From Bdellovibrionota bacterium (GTDB taxonomy: Bacteria; Bdellovibrionota_C; UBA2361; OMII01): a DNA stretch of 18,402 nucleotides. The translations under genes were made by a program, and so were the position numbers. Numbering within the stretch: the stretch's first letter is position 1; every line of letters begins with the position of its first letter. This document shows, in pieces, positions 16,823 to 18,402 of the stretch. The notes beneath the pieces are model-generated. The model was not told the origin of the DNA and searched no databases. It worked only from the letters and a program-made list of their open reading frames with translations. The stretch spans positions 1-18,402 of the forward strand of contig JBIJBE010000059.1 of assembly GCA_044345405.1 (NCBI GenBank), written 5' to 3'.

Positions 16823-17933
16823 ATGACAGTGCAGTTTGATCCATCAGAGATTAAATACAAACTCCAAGGGCTCGCGGAACGCGTGGAAGTCCTTAGGGAG
16901 TTTCTTTGACATCCCAAATCTCACGACGAAGGTCGAAGAATTAGAGCGACAATCCCAGGACGGGGATATTTGGAGCGACGGTGCTCAGGCGAAGACCCTT
17001 ATGCGGGAGCGTGCCCAGAGCGTCGCTACCCTTGAGCACTTTAAGAAACTTGAGTCACTTAAGGCCGACACCGACGCAGCTCTTGAGCTTGCTCGGGAAT
17101 CGAACGACGAAGATTTCCTGGTTGAGGCGGGTAGGCTCGTGAAGGAGTTGGACGAGAGCGTTGGTGAGCTCGAGTTCAAGTGCAAGATGAACGGGGAGTT
17201 CGACAGTCAGAACGCGATTGTCGAGATCAACTCCGGCGCTGGTGGAACGGAGTCGCAGGATTGGGCCGACATGCTGCTGCGTATGTATATGCGGTGGGCT
17301 GAAAAGAAGAAGTACGGCATCGAGGTTATGGACTATCAACCTGGTGAAGGCGCCGGCATTAAAAACGCGACGATTCTTATCTCGGGAAGCTACGTATACG
17401 GGAATCTTCGGAACGAATCTGGTGTTCATCGCTTGGTTCGAATCTCCCCTTTCGACGCGAACGCGCGTCGCCACACCTCGTTCGCCTCGGTCGGTGTCAC
17501 ACCGGATATTGAGGAGGAGGTCGAGGTTTCAATCAATGAAGCCGATCTTCGAATCGACACCTATCGCTCCTCGGGCGCTGGTGGGCAGCACGTTAATAAA
17601 ACAGATTCTGCCGTGCGTTTAACGCATATTCCTTCGGGAATCGTTGTGGCGTGCCAGAGTGAGCGGTCGCAACACAAGAACAAGGCGCGCGCGATGAAGA
17701 TTCTCAAGTCGAAGCTCTTCGAGCGGGAACAGGCGCAGCAGCAGGCGAAGATGGATCAAATTAAGGGTGTGCGTAAGAAGATCGACTTCGGAAGTCAGGT
17801 CCGAAATTATGTCATGCAGCCGTATCAGCTGGTGAAGGACCTCCGAAGCAACTACGAAACTTCGGACGTCAATTCGGTGTTGGATGGCGATATCGATCCG
17901 CTCATAGAGTCCTGTCTCTTGATGACGGACTAG
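16823..17933 (+). CDS. prfB: Peptide chain release factor 2, translated via a +1 programmed frameshift (join 16823..16906, 16908..17933; 369 aa)
   Basis: Frame 0 reads MTVQFDPSEIKYKLQGLAERVEVLREFL-TGA; the +1 frame continues DIPNL... with GAGGTESQDWA, RISPF (SPF recognition motif) and GAGGQHVN (GGQ). Confidence 0.97.
16895..16910 (+). other. prfB programmed +1 ribosomal frameshift site
   Basis: AGGGAG-TTT-CTT-TGA-C: internal SD-like element, 3-nt spacer, slippery CTT and weak TGAC stop. Confidence 0.95.
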
Positions 17934-18174
17934 TCGAGGATTTTTTTGGGCAGAAGCCCCACCCGCACGTGTTTGATATGGTAGAACAGCGCTTTAATGT
18001 AGGGGCTCGTGTGGCCTTAGCCGTACCCTGAATCCTTCATTGGAGGCACTATGTTGCTCCGGTATCCTTTTGAAGTGAGGGTGTTGATGGATTTGTTTGT
18101 TCTTTCAATGGGCTAGCTACCTTACTCACAGGAACTGCACATGTGGGTTGTGGGTACAGTCTTTCGCTCGTCGG

Positions 18175-18372
18175 ATGTATGTGAAGAGAATTTTCCGCCT
18201 CGCTTCATGGCTGGGCGCTCGTCTTCTTCTGGTCTCATTGTTGGTGGCAGTATTCCTTGTGGTCCCCTGCTCCGACGCCCCATTCGCTAGTCTTTTGCCG
18301 TTTGCAGGTACTGTGTTCCTAATCTGGTCGATGTGCTTGGCGGTCGTTGAGTTCTCTCTCTTATCTTGGTGA
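18175..18372 (+). CDS. Possible small two-TM hydrophobic protein, or the 5' fragment of an interrupted membrane-protein gene
   Basis: MYVKRIFRLASWLGARLLLVSLLVAVFLVVP...FAGTVFLIWSMCLAVVEFSLLSW: basic N-terminus plus two hydrophobic stretches. No recognisable family or RBS. Confidence 0.35.
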   Translation: MYVKRIFRLASWLGARLLLVSLLVAVFLVVPCSDAPFASLLPFAGTVFLIWSMCLAVVEFSLLSW

Positions 18373-18402
18373 TTATTGCTTTTCGGTTGGTTTTTATGGT
18401 TC

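Noticed and set aside
16566-16826. 86-aa ORF bridging ybeY and prfB
   Set aside because: Overlaps ybeY out of frame and runs through a repeat tract and a candidate promoter.
16836-16907. TTG-started in-frame N-terminus of RF2, or a prfB pseudogene call
   Set aside because: Fully explained by the canonical +1 programmed frameshift.
17955-18007. AGCCCC / GGGGCT pairing as a prfB terminator or ncRNA
   Set aside because: Only 6 bp with a loop of about 40 nt, no downstream U-tract and no tRNA-like cloverleaf.
18370-18372. TGA reassignment (genetic code 4 or 25) to explain read-through
   Set aside because: TGA terminates several genes here (ATGA overlaps, ruvX, the binding protein), and an intact RF2 with a UGA-sensing frameshift is present.

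Overview
Bacterial chromosomal window with no mobile element, CRISPR array, rRNA or tRNA; the gene order resembles deltaproteobacterial-type genomes (inference only). The left half is a tightly coupled minus-strand operon: ruvX/yqgF - mltG - a 699-aa membrane-anchored, largely low-complexity protein - MoxR AAA+ ATPase - DUF58 - BatA/vWA membrane protein - a second vWA/GATase1-like/vWA membrane protein. That last gene is absent from the ORF track because it runs off the left edge. The plus strand carries an M23 (MepM-like) peptidase coupled to cinA, an orphan LivJ-like substrate-binding protein, the phoH - 7TM-HD (PgpH-like, lacking the extracellular domain) - ybeY cluster, and prfB with its classic +1 programmed frameshift. 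The most notable items are the MoxR/vWA module with its disordered partner placed behind mltG, and several repeat or structured intergenic elements (a 15-unit CG-periodic array after cinA, a CTTTGCG 9-mer array before prfB, and structured leaders before the binding protein and phoH).
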